Shown here: in pieces, positions 1 through 20,696 of the stretch
Layout: each line of letters begins with the position of its first letter
Numbering within the stretch: position 1 is the stretch's first letter
Assembly (NCBI GenBank): GCA_030704615.1
Contig: CM060733.1
Location: 54,622,001 to 54,686,000, forward strand
Reading direction: 5' to 3'
DNA: 64,000 nt
Source of the DNA: Takakia lepidozioides
Lineage: Eukaryota; Plantae; Bryophyta
The notes under the pieces: model-generated
Seen by the model: the letters and a program-made list of their open reading frames with translations, nothing else
The model's database searches: none
What the model was told of the DNA's origin: nothing
Program-made: the position numbers and the translations under genes

Positions 1-7896
<7,896 letters not shown>

Positions 7897-7948
7897 CCTT
7901 CTCAAACACAAGTCTGCACTTGCAGTTGAGACAGATTCGAACATGGCT

Positions 7949-8330
7949 TATATATCGCTCCAACTTCTCTCCCCGCTTCTCCTCTCTGTGACTTCACCAC
8001 CCACAGATGGAGACTGGAGTTGGAGGCCACGCGATCCACCATGCATCTGCATAACGCACTGCCACGTTGGAATTGCCAAGAGGCCTTGACAGGTACGTAC
8101 GAAACGCTGAGCAGCCTAAAATCACTTTACACCTATTTTGTTACGTCACGTCTGACCTGCGCGGCTCGATAGCGAGCCCACACTTGCCCGCGATGGCCGA
8201 GTAACAGGAAAAGGCCCGGGTAGGCCCGGGAGTTGAATGCGCCCGGGCCCGGTACTCCTACGTGGCCCCCCCTCACCCGCAGCCGCGGCCCCCGTAGTCT
8301 GGCGCCTCACATCCGCGCGGTCGGTCTGAA
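7949..8330 (-). promoter_or_regulatory. Putative BGLU promoter with TATA box, ACGT-core (ABRE/G-box-like) motifs and a GC-rich block
   Basis: TATATAA on the minus strand at about 7949-7955; GCCACGT at about 8061; TACGTCACGT at about 8142; TACGTGGC at about 8259; CpG-rich 8160-8330. Confidence 0.45.
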
Positions 8331-8559
8331 GTCCATTTTCGGGTATAACTAACAGTAAAGTTATGCGGTGGTAGGTGGTACAGTGGTACGAGTGATCTGT
8401 CGTGTACTAGAGAGAAGGCTGGGTCTGCCGATTCTGGCATCCCGCTACAGTAGGCCAGCTTGCTGTGTCACAAAAGATATTTGAGCATGTCAGAACAAGT
8501 CTGTCTGCCTCACCTGCAAATACTTAGCGCATCTGCTTATGACCCGACCCCACTGCGGC

Positions 8560-9610
8560 CTAGCATTGTGTATGTTGTTGAAGCTAAATTATTCTAGAGT
8601 TCTTTTTTTTGGGCTGTGTGTGAGGATGCTTTATAGATCCAGTGCTCACCTGACCTTAGCCTTATTGGCATCATCTCAAAGAATGTGAGACCCACTGTTT
8701 CCCCTATCCTACAAAAATGGTGATAGTAAAACAACAGCGTTCACAAAAAACACATGTAACAATGTTATTCCAGCAGCCATGCATGCAGCTTCTGTGCTAT
8801 GTACTCTTCTGCATTTGCAACTAGCAACTCAAAAGGTCGTCTGCCCAATTCGATCATCACCAATCCTCCATAAAGAGAACTATTCAACATTACTAATCTG
8901 CCTACTCATCCTAGCATTGTGTATGTTGTTGAAACTAAATTATTCTAGAGTTTTTTTTTGGGGCTGTGTGTGAGGATGCTTTATAGATCCAGTGTTCACC
9001 TGACCTTAGCCTTATTGGCATCATCAAAGAATGTGAGACCCACTGTTTCCCCTATCCTACAAAAATGGTGATAGTAAAACAACAGCGTTCACAAAAAACA
9101 CATGTAACAATGTTATTCCAGCAGCCAATCATGCAGCTTGTCTGCTATGTACTCTTCTGCATTTGCAACTAGCAACTCAAAAGGTCGTCTGCCCAATTCG
9201 ATCATCACCACAATCCTCCATAAAGAAAACTATTCGACATTACTAATCTGCCTACTCATCCTAGCGTTGTGTATGTTGTTGAAACTAAATTATTCTAGAG
9301 TTTTTTTTTGGGGCTGTGTGTGAGGATGCTTTATAGATCCAGTGTTCACCTGACCTTAGCCTTATTGGCATCATCAAAGAATGTGAGACCCACTGTTTCC
9401 CCTATCCTACAAAAATGGTGATAGTAAAACAACAGCGTTCACAAAAAACACATGTAACAATGTTATTCCAGCAGCCAATCATGCAGCTTGTCTGCTATGT
9501 ACTCTTCTGCATTTGCAACTAGCAACTCAAAAGGTCGTCTGCCCAATTCGATCATCACCACAATCCTCCATAAAGAAAACTATTCGACATTACTAATCTG
9601 CCTACTCATC
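8560..9610. repeat. Three tandem ~350-bp copies of the SHMT stop codon plus 3' UTR
   Basis: Units 8560-8910, 8911-9260 and 9261-9610 each begin CTAGC(A/G)TTGTGTATG and end CCTACTCATC, the reverse complement of GAT GAG TAG G. Confidence 0.93.
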
Positions 9611-11020
9611 ACGGTACTTCATGGTTGTGACATCAAACCCAGGCATGTCGAAGGATGTAGAGAACTTTTCCACATCAATCTTGAGATCTGCAATGTCCTT
9701 GTTGTTCTCCACTCCTTTGTTGAACTCACGCAGGAGCTTGCCATGTTCCTTCTGGACTGCCAGTGTGATGTTAACGGCTCGCTCCAGAAAGTCAGCAATC
9801 TGCTCAAAATCCTTCTCCTTCAAACCTCTAGAGGTCATAGCAGGTGCACCGACACGGATACCTCCAGGCGTAAGTGCACTGCTGTCCCCAAACACAGCAT
9901 TCTTGTTCAAAGTGATGTGTGCTAGCTCACAAACTTTCTCCACCTTATTCCCAGTGAGCCCAAGAGGACGCAGATCCCACAGCACCAGGTGGTTGTCGGT
10001 CCCATCAGTGACAAGCTTATATCCCTTTTTCATCAACGCATTTGCAAGAGCCACAGCATTTGCTCTCACTTGCTTGGCATATGAGTTAAACCCGGGAGTG
10101 TTGACCTGCTTCAAGGCCACAGCCAGAGCTGCAATTTGGTGATTGTGAGGTCCTCCTTGCAGAGAAGGGAACACAGCAAAGTTGATCTTGTCCTCATAGT
10201 CATAGAAACTTTCCTCTGTTTTTCCTTTCTTCACGGGCTTGGGGCCCTTCCTGTAGAAAATCATTCCTGCTCGGGGACCTCTCAAGCTCTTGTGAGTCGT
10301 GGTTGTCACGACATCACAGTACTCAAAGGGCTGCGCAGCTTCATGGGCGGCAACAAGGCCACTGATGTGAGCCATGTCGCACATGAGCAGAGCTCCGCAC
10401 TTGTCAGCAATAGTTCGGAGCCTGGCATAATCCCAGTCCCTTGGGTATGCACTGCCTCCAGAGATTATCATTTTGGGGCGGTAATCCAATGCCTTCTCCT
10501 CCAGCTTATCGTAGTCGATAAATCCCGTGTTGAAGTCCACCTTGTAAGGAAGACTCTCGAAGTAGATGGAGGTGGCTGAGATCTTTTTGCCTCCAGATGT
10601 GTAGTAGCCATGAGTGAGATGACCTCCAGAGGGCAGATCGAGTCCCATGATGCGGTCATGCGGTTGCAACAGAGCAGTATAGACCGCAAAGTTCGCGGGG
10701 CTCCCCGAGTATGGCTGCACATTCACCCCCCATCTCTCCGAATCCAAATGGAAGGCTGTGAGAGCACGCGCGCGACACAGGTTCTCGAGCTGGTCAATGT
10801 ACTCATTCCCTCCATAATAACGGGCTCCTGGAAGACCTTCAGAGTATTTGTTGGTGAGGGGGCTGCCCAGGGCTTCGATCACCGCTTGCGATGTGAAGTT
10901 CTCCGAAGCAATCAGCTCAATGCCCCTGCACTGGCGCACCTTCTCTCGCTCAATGAGATTGAAGACCTCCTCATCGGCAACCTCAAGGCTGGTATTTCCC
11001 CACTCTTTCACCGAATCCAT
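9602..11020 (-). CDS. SHMT: Serine hydroxymethyltransferase, cytosolic (SHM4-like) type, 472 aa, intronless
   Basis: [34 protein letters not shown] lysine motif [21 protein letters not shown]. First ATG at 11020 (MDSVKEWG); no transit peptide. Confidence 0.97.
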   Translation of the reverse strand: MDSVKEWGNTSLEVADEEVFNLIEREKVRQCRGIELIASENFTSQAVIEALGSPLTNKYSEGLPGARYYGGNEYIDQLENLCRARALTAFHLDSERWGVNVQPYSGSPANFAVYTALLQPHDRIMGLDLPSGGHLTHGYYTSGGKKISATSIYFESLPYKVDFNTGFIDYDKLEEKALDYRPKMIISGGSAYPRDWDYARLRTIADKCGALLMCDMAHISGLVAAHEAAQPFEYCDVVTTTTHKSLRGPRAGMIFYRKGPKPVKKGKTEESFYDYEDKINFAVFPSLQGGPHNHQIAALAVALKQVNTPGFNSYAKQVRANAVALANALMKKGYKLVTDGTDNHLVLWDLRPLGLTGNKVEKVCELAHITLNKNAVFGDSSALTPGGIRVGAPAMTSRGLKEKDFEQIADFLERAVNITLAVQKEHGKLLREFNKGVENNKDIADLKIDVEKFSTSFDMPGFDVTTMKYRDE

Positions 11021-11959
11021 CTCAAAACCCAACAGAAGGACAGAAAAACAGACACGGCGTGACAAGAAGGAACCCACAACCGAACAGCGGAAGCCTAGAC
11101 GGAAGGCCGAATAGGAAGCTCTTGGTGACAAGCAGAGCCCGGGGTCCTCAAGAGCAGAGTTCTGAAGTTGAAGAGTTAAAAGTTTATTCCATCTCCCGCA
11201 AGATCGTGCCAACCTTCTGGTATCCTAGTGCATGAAACCCCTAGAACCCAACCTGGAACAAGACTATGCCTTGAGGTCTGGCAGTCTCTACCCCAGTCGA
11301 GACTCTGATATAAGAGAATCTGTATCAGAGAAAGCCCATACAGTTTATCTTCCTGAAGGCAGTCTACTCATATGCTATGTCCTCGGCATCATTGCCCGCC
11401 CTAAGTCTGGATTAAATGTGCTACTTGGAGCTGCTACTTGCCGTCGACCCACTACCGCCCACCCCCAATAGATATTTTATTTTAGCAGCGTTATCGATCA
11501 TCTGCTCAGCCAAAAACGGCCAAGCAAGTTCCAGAGACTGAGATCCACTAGCAATCCTTCAGGATGTGCCATAAACGATCTGAGGATGGAAATTGCATGT
11601 ATCTTTCGTGAGTTGCGGCATCAAACGTGGAAATCCAGCTATGGAGACGACCCAAAAAGCACCCAAGTGCCATGGCACCTTCAAAGCCAAACTTTGTGGC
11701 AGCCACACTTGGCTTTTGCTACTTCCTTCTTGTTCTGGAAACTCTTGTTTCTCTGCGTTTGGTGCAGAGGAAGCTGTGGTGGCTAGTCTCATGCCAACTT
11801 CCAGGTCCTGAATATCACCATAAGACCACACTTGGACTTGTTTGTGGGAGGGCAAGAGCTTTGAGAGGCTAAGAGGGATTCCTTTGTTTCAGCTCACTAA
11901 GCTTTCCCTACATAGTCTATCTGTCTTGGTGGGTCCATTTGATTGCCCAAGAGTGGAAG

Positions 11960-12085
11960 AAAGAAATGAAATGAAATGAAATGGTGCTTTATAACGTCTA
12001 CGGAAAGCTCATAGAACTTGTGGGACAGAATGGAAGAAAAAAAAACATGAGAGGAAACAAAACCAAAACCCAAGAATAAGTTGTG
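11960..12085 (-). mobile_element. Isolated 3' tail of the RTE-X-like LINE family
   Basis: GAAATGAAATGAAATGGTGCTTTATAACGTC..CGGAAAGCTCATAGA..TGGGACA matches 1735-1900. Confidence 0.8.
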
Positions 12086-12089
12086 CAAC

Positions 12090-13880
12090 AATGGCCCCAC
12101 GCCGGTCAGGCGGCCTCGATCGGCTCGTCCCAGCTCGTTCAGCCCCGACGCCGTATAGGCAACCAGCTCCAGCCCTCACCACAACCCTTTTACTGCCTAC
12201 TCCACCATCCCTGTCAGTTCGCTCCCGAGAGCAACGAGAGGTGCTGAACACAGCCGCAACTGCTCCTCTTGGAAGACCCCAAGGCCAACGTACCCCTACC
12301 CCTAGATCACATTTTCCTAACGCGCACCAGAGTCCAAGCTCCAGACACCAAGTTCAAGAAGAGTTGTCCTCTTCACAACGGTGTTCTCCACCGAGGTTCC
12401 ATTGGCGCCCCACCGACCAAAGAACTTCCACCGTGTCTGTTGAGTCCTCCCCCACTGCGCCTCTCAGGTAGGGTTCGAGGACCCACGCTAGTCACTTCTC
12501 CTCTAGGTTCTCCATCCCATTCTCGGCAGTGGCTTCAAGGCAGCCCAACTCCTCTTGGTCATGAGCCCCTCCACGTGCCTTCTTCTCCAGTTGTGCAGCC
12601 TGCATTGCCGACCCCATCACTCTTACCCCAACAGCAGGAGCCTATCCCATCAGACCGTACCCCATGCCCAGCTTGCAGTCGTCTTTTTGCGCGCATCAGA
12701 AGGCTTGCGCGACACCAGCGCACGTGTGCAGCTCTTCATCAGTCCCATACAAATGGTACTTCTCCATTTCAGCCCAGTGTCTTGCACGCGCCACCTCCTG
12801 CCTCTACATGGCATTGGCTTTCAGCTCTAAATGTACTGGGCGCATTTCAGCTAGGACTGCCAAGGCCTCGTCTTTATACAAGAATTCCGGTGGCACTGCG
12901 TCATGAGGTTCAACTGGCATTCCGTCTGCCCTTAGACAGGCTGGCCCGTGATCCTGCTGATATACCAACATGGTATCTTTTCTTGTTATTTCCTCAGTGG
13001 TATTTGGTTTTGCCCCCTTGTGGGGCACAAAGAGACGTGCATCCGTCTTCGCCGTTTTTTATCTAGAGATTGGGAGAGTCTGCAAGAGGAGCACCAATTA
13101 TGGGCACTAGCCCTTGCGGCACGCGCCCCTCCCGCTTCCTCCACGCAGCCGCCCTCATCGGCCCATAGGCAACTTCGTCATAGTCTCATGTTAGGCCGCG
13201 TTGGCGAGTACTCACGCGCGGCCAAGGCTTTAGCACCTTTCACACCAACGCCTCCATCAGCGGATACTGTCACTGCCCTCAAAGCCCTTCACCCATCAGC
13301 TCAGGATATTCTTCCGCTTTACTTCGAGCCAGACCAGGATCTCAAGCTAGATCGGGAGGTCTTCACGCGCAGTCCCCATCTTACAGCGGCAGGTCCTTCC
13401 GGTCTCCTGTATGAGCACTTACGCGACTGTTTCTCTCCACGGGACTCTGCTAGTGGTTTTTCTCAGCTATTTCAGGTTTGCTCATTTATTGTTGTTGGCC
13501 GTATCCCTGCCCCAATGGCCCGTCTCCTTGGGGCCTCCAGATTGTTGGCTATGAGCAAACCCTCGGGTACTGGCATCTGCCCTGTCGCAGTTGGAGAGGT
13601 TCTTCACCGCCTTGTCAGCCGCTCATTTTGTCTTCAGTTACACCTCTTTCGTCACTCCAGGAGGTTGCGAGGCGATGGTTCAGGGGATTCGTGCAGCTCT
13701 TGATCTTCATCTGGATTGGGTGGTTCTCCAGGTCGATGTCACCAACGCTTTCAACATTGTGTCACGAGCAGCTATCTTTCAGGAACTCCGTTCAACCGGA
13801 GGAGATTTCCACGAGCTCATTCCATTTATTCGATTATTCTATGCATCCACCACTCCCCTCTACTACAGTCATCATTCTCT
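12090..13880 (+). mobile_element. CRE/R2-like (RLE-clade) non-LTR retrotransposon, frameshifted and 3'-truncated
   Basis: C2H2-like finger CPACSRLFARIRRLARHQRTC. RT N-terminal motifs AAGPSG, LLAMSKP..GICPVAVGEVLHRL, PGGCEA, VLQVDVTNAFN. The sequence stops before the QGDPL/YxDD motifs, where MULE-A begins. Confidence 0.75.
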
Positions 13881-13984
13881 AGGCGACCGCTGTGGGGATC
13901 GTTTGGGAAATAATAATAATAAGTTAAATAATTCATAAAAGAATTAAAATAAGGAAAAAACAAAATGAATGTTCAGGAAAAATA

Positions 13985-14370
13985 AAGCCTCTCATTTTAC
14001 AATAATTGGGATGTTATGGCGCACGCGCAAGCTGACCGGTGGGCCCCGCGCACGGACGTCCGTCTCCCCCCACCTGGACCGCCCCGCCCGCCGCTGCACA
14101 CAGTCGCCCAGCTGCTGCCGCGCCCCCATCCGCCGTGCCCCAAGTCCGCCCGCCAGTCCGCTGCCCGTGAGTCCAGTTCCCTCAGTCCGCCAAACCGCCA
14201 GTCTGCCGGCCAGTCCGCTGTGCACGCTAGTTCGTGTGCCAGTCCCCGCAAGTCCACCCAACAGTCCGTTATGCCCGTCTGCTGCCCCCCCATTTGTCAG
14301 TCTGCCAGTCCGCGCCGGTCGAAGGATCTGGATCGTTCATTCTGATAAACCCATCCGCGCCATCCATGCC
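13985..14370 (+). repeat. Left long inverted repeat of MULE-A
   Basis: Reverse-complement match to 55410-55765; rich in AGTCCG motifs. Confidence 0.85.
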
Positions 14371-16270
14371 AGTCCGCTGTGCCAGTCCCGGCCATTCCAC
14401 CCAACAGTCTACCCGCCAGTCCGCCGCCATGAGTCCGCTTTCCTCCAGTCCACTGATGATGCCGCATCTAGACCGTCCATTCGTAAATGCCATCTAAACC
14501 CTCCATTTTTAGGGCATGAATTCAAACCTTATCCCTGCCGCCTGCCACTTGCCAGCAGACGCGAACGTGCGCACTGATGCTCCTTGCACGTTGTCCATCG
14601 TGTCTAGTGTACTGCGGCACGTTTCTTGCAGGTTCTGAAGCTTGTCATCTGTACTGTACAGGGCATGGACATGGAAGCAGAAGGCGATGATATACTAAAA
14701 ACGGGAAGCTGGAATAGACGGCCTCTTCGACAAAGTTTGCAAATACCCAAACCAGGACCCTTCAACATGAAGGACCTCCAATGGAAGAGAGACACGCAAT
14801 ATGGGTATATGGGTACGCGACAGAATGTTCAGAAGGCCTGCATACCGTGGGATAGAGTTGATGACTTTGTCTTTGGGAGATGAGAGTTTTTGGGACTACC
14901 CCAATCAGTTTTGGGTGAATGTCCATACTAAAGTGCAACCCGGCATGCTAAAAGAACCGAGAGCCAACAGTTTTCTGAACAGTATCATGTGTGCACCATC
15001 CTCATCGTCCTTTTGTAGTCTGATTGCACGTCTGTTGTCATTTTTTGTACCCACATACTGTGATTTCATGCTTCCAGAAGTCAATGGATATTGATTGTGA
15101 TTTTTATGTCCAAGTATCAATGCTGCTACAGTCCAGATGACAAGCACACCAACAATGCGATAGTGGAAGATCCCAAACTGAAACGTGGAGGACCTTTTGT
15201 GGGTGCAAGAACATCTCACCCTTATAAAGGCCCAAAGAGAAAGAAGTCGGAATATGGAGAGTCTTACAAGCGTGGTTGACAATGTTGTTTCCAGGTCCAG
15301 CAATGCTATCTTGCCCCCGACATTTATGTCCTCACGTACTACAACAATATGGAGCATACAGACGCGAAAGGGAACGCGTGTCATGGGAAGTCCGCTGAGT
15401 TCAGGAACACTCGCCACGCCTATGCACCACACATTAGCGAGGAATTGAAAGCATGGGTCATGGAGTGTCTATGCCGAGGCCTGTCAATCGCCCAAATCAG
15501 GATGGAACATAAAGAACACGTCATGAACAACACCGGGTTGGGGGATGCATGGACACGGGACGATTTTTTGTTGGAGCAGAATGTGCGCAACCTGGCCGAT
15601 AAACGGGCATGACAAACGTTCAAAAAACATGCCAACGATGCGGAGAGTGTCCGCATGTGGAAAGACCAGAACCGGAAATCGGTTTTTTTCTATCAAGACT
15701 AGGAGAAATTGGCGCCAACATTCAAGCACTACGATGGCAACGACGCAATGGCGTGAGCGTTGCGCGTGAGCGCGCGAGCGTACGCTCACGCAGGAGTGAC
15801 GTGGCGTGAGCGCTCACCCAGCTGACGTGGCAGCGTCATGTCAGCATGCTGATGTGGCGGTAAATGATGACGTGGCACTGTCCGTCATTGCCACGTCAGC
15901 ATTAACATGCGCCGCCTATAACCGTGGATGGTCCTATGACCGTGGAATTAATGCAGGGAATCTTGCCTAAATAGAATCAAGACGAGCGTTGAGCCTACAA
16001 TTGCAGCATCCAACATTGTGCAATTACAAATGCTTGTTTCACTTTTACAATTACGAGACGACAAAATATCCTCACAAAGTGTGCGCCATAAAGGCTGCCA
16101 CGGGAAGACCTTCCTCCTCCTCAAATAACAATGAGAGTTAGGATCATCTTCAAAAGATGATTGTAGTGCATAGCGACAGCAAGACATGTAGACTTCGAAC
16201 GGTGCAATGACAAATGTGCACTACCTAAAAGTTGTCACTCAGAGCTCACTCCGTATAGTTGGAGGCCATA

Positions 16271-19200
16271 TCATTGCACAGCCGACGAATTGATGTGAAT
16301 TACACATTTCAAATCATGGTCATCCACATACCACATTACATAGTTCATGCTACCCATGTGTTGTATCCCGCTGCAAAGAGTATCGACCTCGTTGAAACTC
16401 ATAGTGGCCTGGTGAATGAAGTTGTCACGTTTGGGATCGCAAACCATCCTCCTCAAAAATATGAAATACAAATGTTTGCAGGGTATGAATTTACTCTCTC
16501 TTGCCCAAACTGGTTGATAGCATATTCACAAAATCAGGACATGTGCAATTGGGAAATTGGAAACCGTGATGTCGTAGGTCTGTCATGAACAGCAGATGTG
16601 GAAGTGATGATTGTGAATACCCGACCATATCCTGGATCGGTACTTCCGTGGTGCTTCCAACACGAGCTTGGAGCATTCTTGCGGACTCCACTTTGCCAAA
16701 GTGTTCAGCGGTTGGAGGGAAACGCCGAACGAGCTTTCCATCTCGTTTGGTTGGCCACAAGTCAGGATTTGCCGGGGGGACCCGGGAGGACGCAGAAGTA
16801 GTAGCACATGCATGGAGTTGGGGTTGTCTCGCAAGGGAAAAACCTGCCTCCTCCAGCATTTCAATCTCCTGAAAGCTGAGATGTGTTCCCACCTTCACGG
16901 GCCAAACGGTTGGAGGAGATGGCTTCATCACTACGGAAGGACGCACAGTTCCATGCACACATCTGGCACAATCATCTGCGCAGAACCAGAACTTGTGGTT
17001 CTTGGCTTCTGGTTGACCGTATGGACGCATCAAGCCCGTGAAAGTCGGAGCAGGAGTTCGGGCACCACCTCTGGATATAGATGAAGTGCACTTCTCGAAA
17101 TTAGTTGCCCTGATCGCTGTACATTTCACACGAGACCCTACACTTGTGCGTTCTATGTGCCAAACGTGGTCGGGGCATGCGGACTCAAGCACATCAAGGG
17201 GTTGTTTCTCTCCTGCACCATTTCAGTGGCACTGTTTGATGCTGGAGCTTGCCGTCGTGTTGGAGGTTCCTCCACAATGGAGGTTCCGGACATGGAGCTG
17301 TCATGCAGGGGAACACGAGGCTTCGAGAAGTTATCACGGTCTGCCCTGTGGGAATCTGAATCCGAACCAGGGGAGTGTTCAATTTCCTCTTACAGGAGCC
17401 GAATCTCTCCTCCCCTTCAAGATGTGGAACTCTAGAAACAAGTGGCGTTCCCTGGGCATACATGCTCACCGCCCGTGCTATCTTGATTGGATCCCCAGAT
17501 CTGTTTGCAGCACGCAACATCAACTCCCATTTGTCCGGACCCTTGCCACCAACCCCACCTCGTAAGAAATCACGGTATCGGGTTTGTTGTTGCAAGGCAC
17601 GTATCAAATCATCTGTTGTTGCCACATACAAATCCCGACCTCGTTTCCCAGACTGCTGCAACCATGCGTTGTGCACAGTTTCTGCCAAATTGCAAGATGG
17701 CATGTCCGCCATTTCCTCAATGGACATGTTCTGCAAAGAGGATAACCACACTTCAGAACAGTGCACAGGAAACAACATAAAGAAAGCAATGAGTCAAAAA
17801 TATGGAAAGCAAATGTATGAATAAAGCATGAAATAGAAGCCTCGTACCATTGTCATGGCTGCTCCCCACTGTCTATACCGGAAGTGCCAAAACGCCAGCC
17901 AATCTTCCAATGCTCTCATACTCTCAAGTGATGCAGCTCCAGAAGAGAACCACCAGGCACGAATTGTCTGGAACAAAGTGTCCGCCTCCTTCATTGTTCT
18001 AGCATCTTTGTACTCTTTGCACAATTTACGGTGCTGAGTCTGCATCTCTGGTTTGATGTCCGACTTTGTATGTTTTTCCAGAGATTGTGTCCAATGGAAT
18101 AGACATGTACGCTCTCTTCCTGGCATAGGCACTTTTGGGTCGCCCGATCCGAAGACAATACGAACAGCATTGAAATTTGCTTGAGCTATCCGCCATGAAA
18201 CCTGCGAAATTTGGAGATGGCAGCCCATGACACGTATCAGGGAATTCCACATGAGCTTCTGGGATTCCGTATCCTCGGATTGCATGTCACAAACTGCAAT
18301 TGTCATAACTCGTTGGTACACTGGATCGTAGACATGACAAGCCATTGTCGTCCAATCCTTCACTCGTTTCACATGATCAAACATAAGAAAACAGTTCTGC
18401 AAGTCCCCAGTCTTCTGCATCCGCTTCACGAGGCTAACCCCACTGCCCTCCCCAACAGTCGACATTTTGAAAAGAAAAACTTTGATGGCACCTTGACCTG
18501 GGAATACATTGTCCTGGATGTAATCGTACTTGCTCACTCGTTTCAATTCCAAAATATTGTCTATGTAGCCTCTGATCCCAGAGCCCATTCTCAATGCATT
18601 GATCTGATGCCGAATGTTAGGTGAACTTAAAGTGGAGAAATGATCCATGACCAGGTCCAATGCTGCACCGTCAAGTTTAGTCCCCACAGAATCCCCTTCA
18701 CTCAAAATATGGCTTTCCAAGAAGGACTTGCTTGCGCCAAGAGCAATTGCAGATGTTGTTGCGGATGGGTTTCTCCCGAACTCCTGTTTAATCAACCTCG
18801 ATACTGTCTCAACACTCTCCCTGTAATCCCCCTTCGAGACAGGATGGTTATGGAATCCGAAATGCACACAAGCTCTTGTCATTGTTTTCAAACGGTGGAC
18901 AACATAGTACATTCTTGCTCCGCAGAGCGCCAAGCAGGATGGCACAAGTTTGCAGAATTTGCAGACGAAAGTGTTTGCCGGTGGAGGGGCAGTCCCAGGC
19001 TGAAATGGATTTTCCGCCAGACCCTCCCATTCGCTTTGATTATGAACCCAGACTGAAGAAAGTGTCTGCAATTCAAATTATCACACCTAAGGTGTCCATT
19101 GCAAACTGTCCTCCTGAAAACAAGCTTGTCATCATTCTGAATATTGGATGTTTTTGTTCTGCACCACGGGTGCCCGTCGTGTTTCTTGTCCATTCCATGC

Positions 19201-19843
19201 ATCATGATTGTTACACCTCCAACTCGCGGAGGAGGAGGCAGCTCGAATAGGATATCGCCATCAAAAGTCTCCGGCAAGAACTTCACAGGCACCTGCTTCA
19301 AAGATTCCCAATCAATTCCCCGCAACTCTTTTGAATCCAGCCATTCCTCCCATCGCCCGCAATTTTGGAATGACACTACAAATCTCTTCTTCATCAGCTT
19401 CTCCAACCACAGTAGGAAGGACTGGATTTGGAATTTCACTTATGTCATCATCGGAAGAATCCGAAAGCTCAACGATTGGAGTGGAGGACGTCTGTTCTTT
19501 TTTCACCACCACCTCCCTCTTGTCTTCAACGACCGAAGCAGCAGTCCCGGGCGTCACATATGACCCAAGGGACTTTCGCCGAGGCTCTCCAAGTACTCTG
19601 TATCGACCAGGACGCACTCTCCACTGGCTGATATGAGCCGTCTCATCACGGTTTTGGAAAGAGTATTTCAACAACTTCCCTTTAAGATCGTACACCTCTT
19701 TCTCCAAAAAGATGGAGCCATTCTGCAGCTGAAAACGGGTAGCCAAGACATGTTCCAGAACAATTGCAAATCCATTGTCAAGGACTTCCTGGGAGAACGG
19801 CACTGGTTTGTCGTGAGAAGAACTCCGCTTCAGAGGAAGCCAT
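16271..19843 (-). CDS. MULE-B transposase with GCM/WRKY-like Zn domain, MULE DDE core and C-terminal SWIM finger (several frameshifts)
   Basis: DGHPW..CNGHLRCDNLNC..CKFC..C.A..G.HNHP; FDHVKRV, FMADS, CLFHW, NLAETVH; FPNCTCPDF...CKHLY. Intron at about 17731-17847. Confidence 0.8.
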
Positions 19844-20696
19844 CTTCCTTCCTCGCGTACGTTTGTACCTTGCTATCGCAGATCTAGTGTAAATCGGTTT
19901 ACTGATGTCTCCAGAACACAGTTGAAGAATGAGCAGAGAATATGGCGGAGGAAGCTCAGACAACGACTGTGCATATTATGTTATTCTTTCCAGATATGCA
20001 GCCGTCCATTTTAATTACTTTTCTTGTGGGCCCAGTGGTCAGAGTATCCCTAGGAGCAGTGTCGGCAGCTGTTAAACCGTTAATCAGAAACCTCATCAAT
20101 AAACCCAATAACAAAGCCGACTTCCTGGAAGCATGCCACAGGATCTGAGGATGGGATTGCAGATTAAGTAAATGTATCTTTATACTACTACCAATGATCA
20201 TGCGCACCTGGAAAGTTCCAAATGTGAAACGAATGTGGGGTTTGGCTAACAAGGATGACCGTGTATGATATTCCAAATTTGTCATCAAACTCTCGTTCAT
20301 TTACATTTATTTGTAAGACTGTGCGCCAAGATTTCTGGGATTCGCTGGTTTTTTAAATATTGAAACCGTTCTAATAAAGAACACGCCGTTTTTTTGGGCG
20401 ACACACGTCAGACATCCATAACTGAATACGAACAGCTGTACACCAATTGCTGGCATGTGCACTAATAAGGGAACGACTATGTGTAACGGTCACGCGGGAG
20501 GGAATCCGATGCTTCTAGAGACACGCAAGAACGCAGGCAATCCCGCAAGAAATCGGGAGTCACTGCGTTTTCTACTTTTCGCGCTTAGAGAGAGAGAGTG
20601 GTAGTCAAGCTGGAGAGGGTTCCTTCTACAATACGAAAGAGAAGAAAGTCTCTTTATTTTACTTCCCTTAGAGAGAGACGCAGAGCAAGAGAGCAA

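Noticed and set aside
7897-7944. BGLU start at ATG 7944
   Set aside because: A TATA box lies only about 5 nt upstream, so this ATG is probably not transcribed. ATG 7896 or 7890 gives a normal signal peptide.
8779-9323. Repeated small ORFs (64 and 61 aa)
   Set aside because: They are antisense by-products of the 350-bp UTR repeat.
11021-11212. 64-aa N-terminal extension of SHMT in the ORF track
   Set aside because: It starts at a non-ATG codon; homology to cytosolic SHMT begins at the ATG at 11020.
11540-11880. Coding-like ORFs upstream of SHMT
   Set aside because: No recognisable motif or splice structure.
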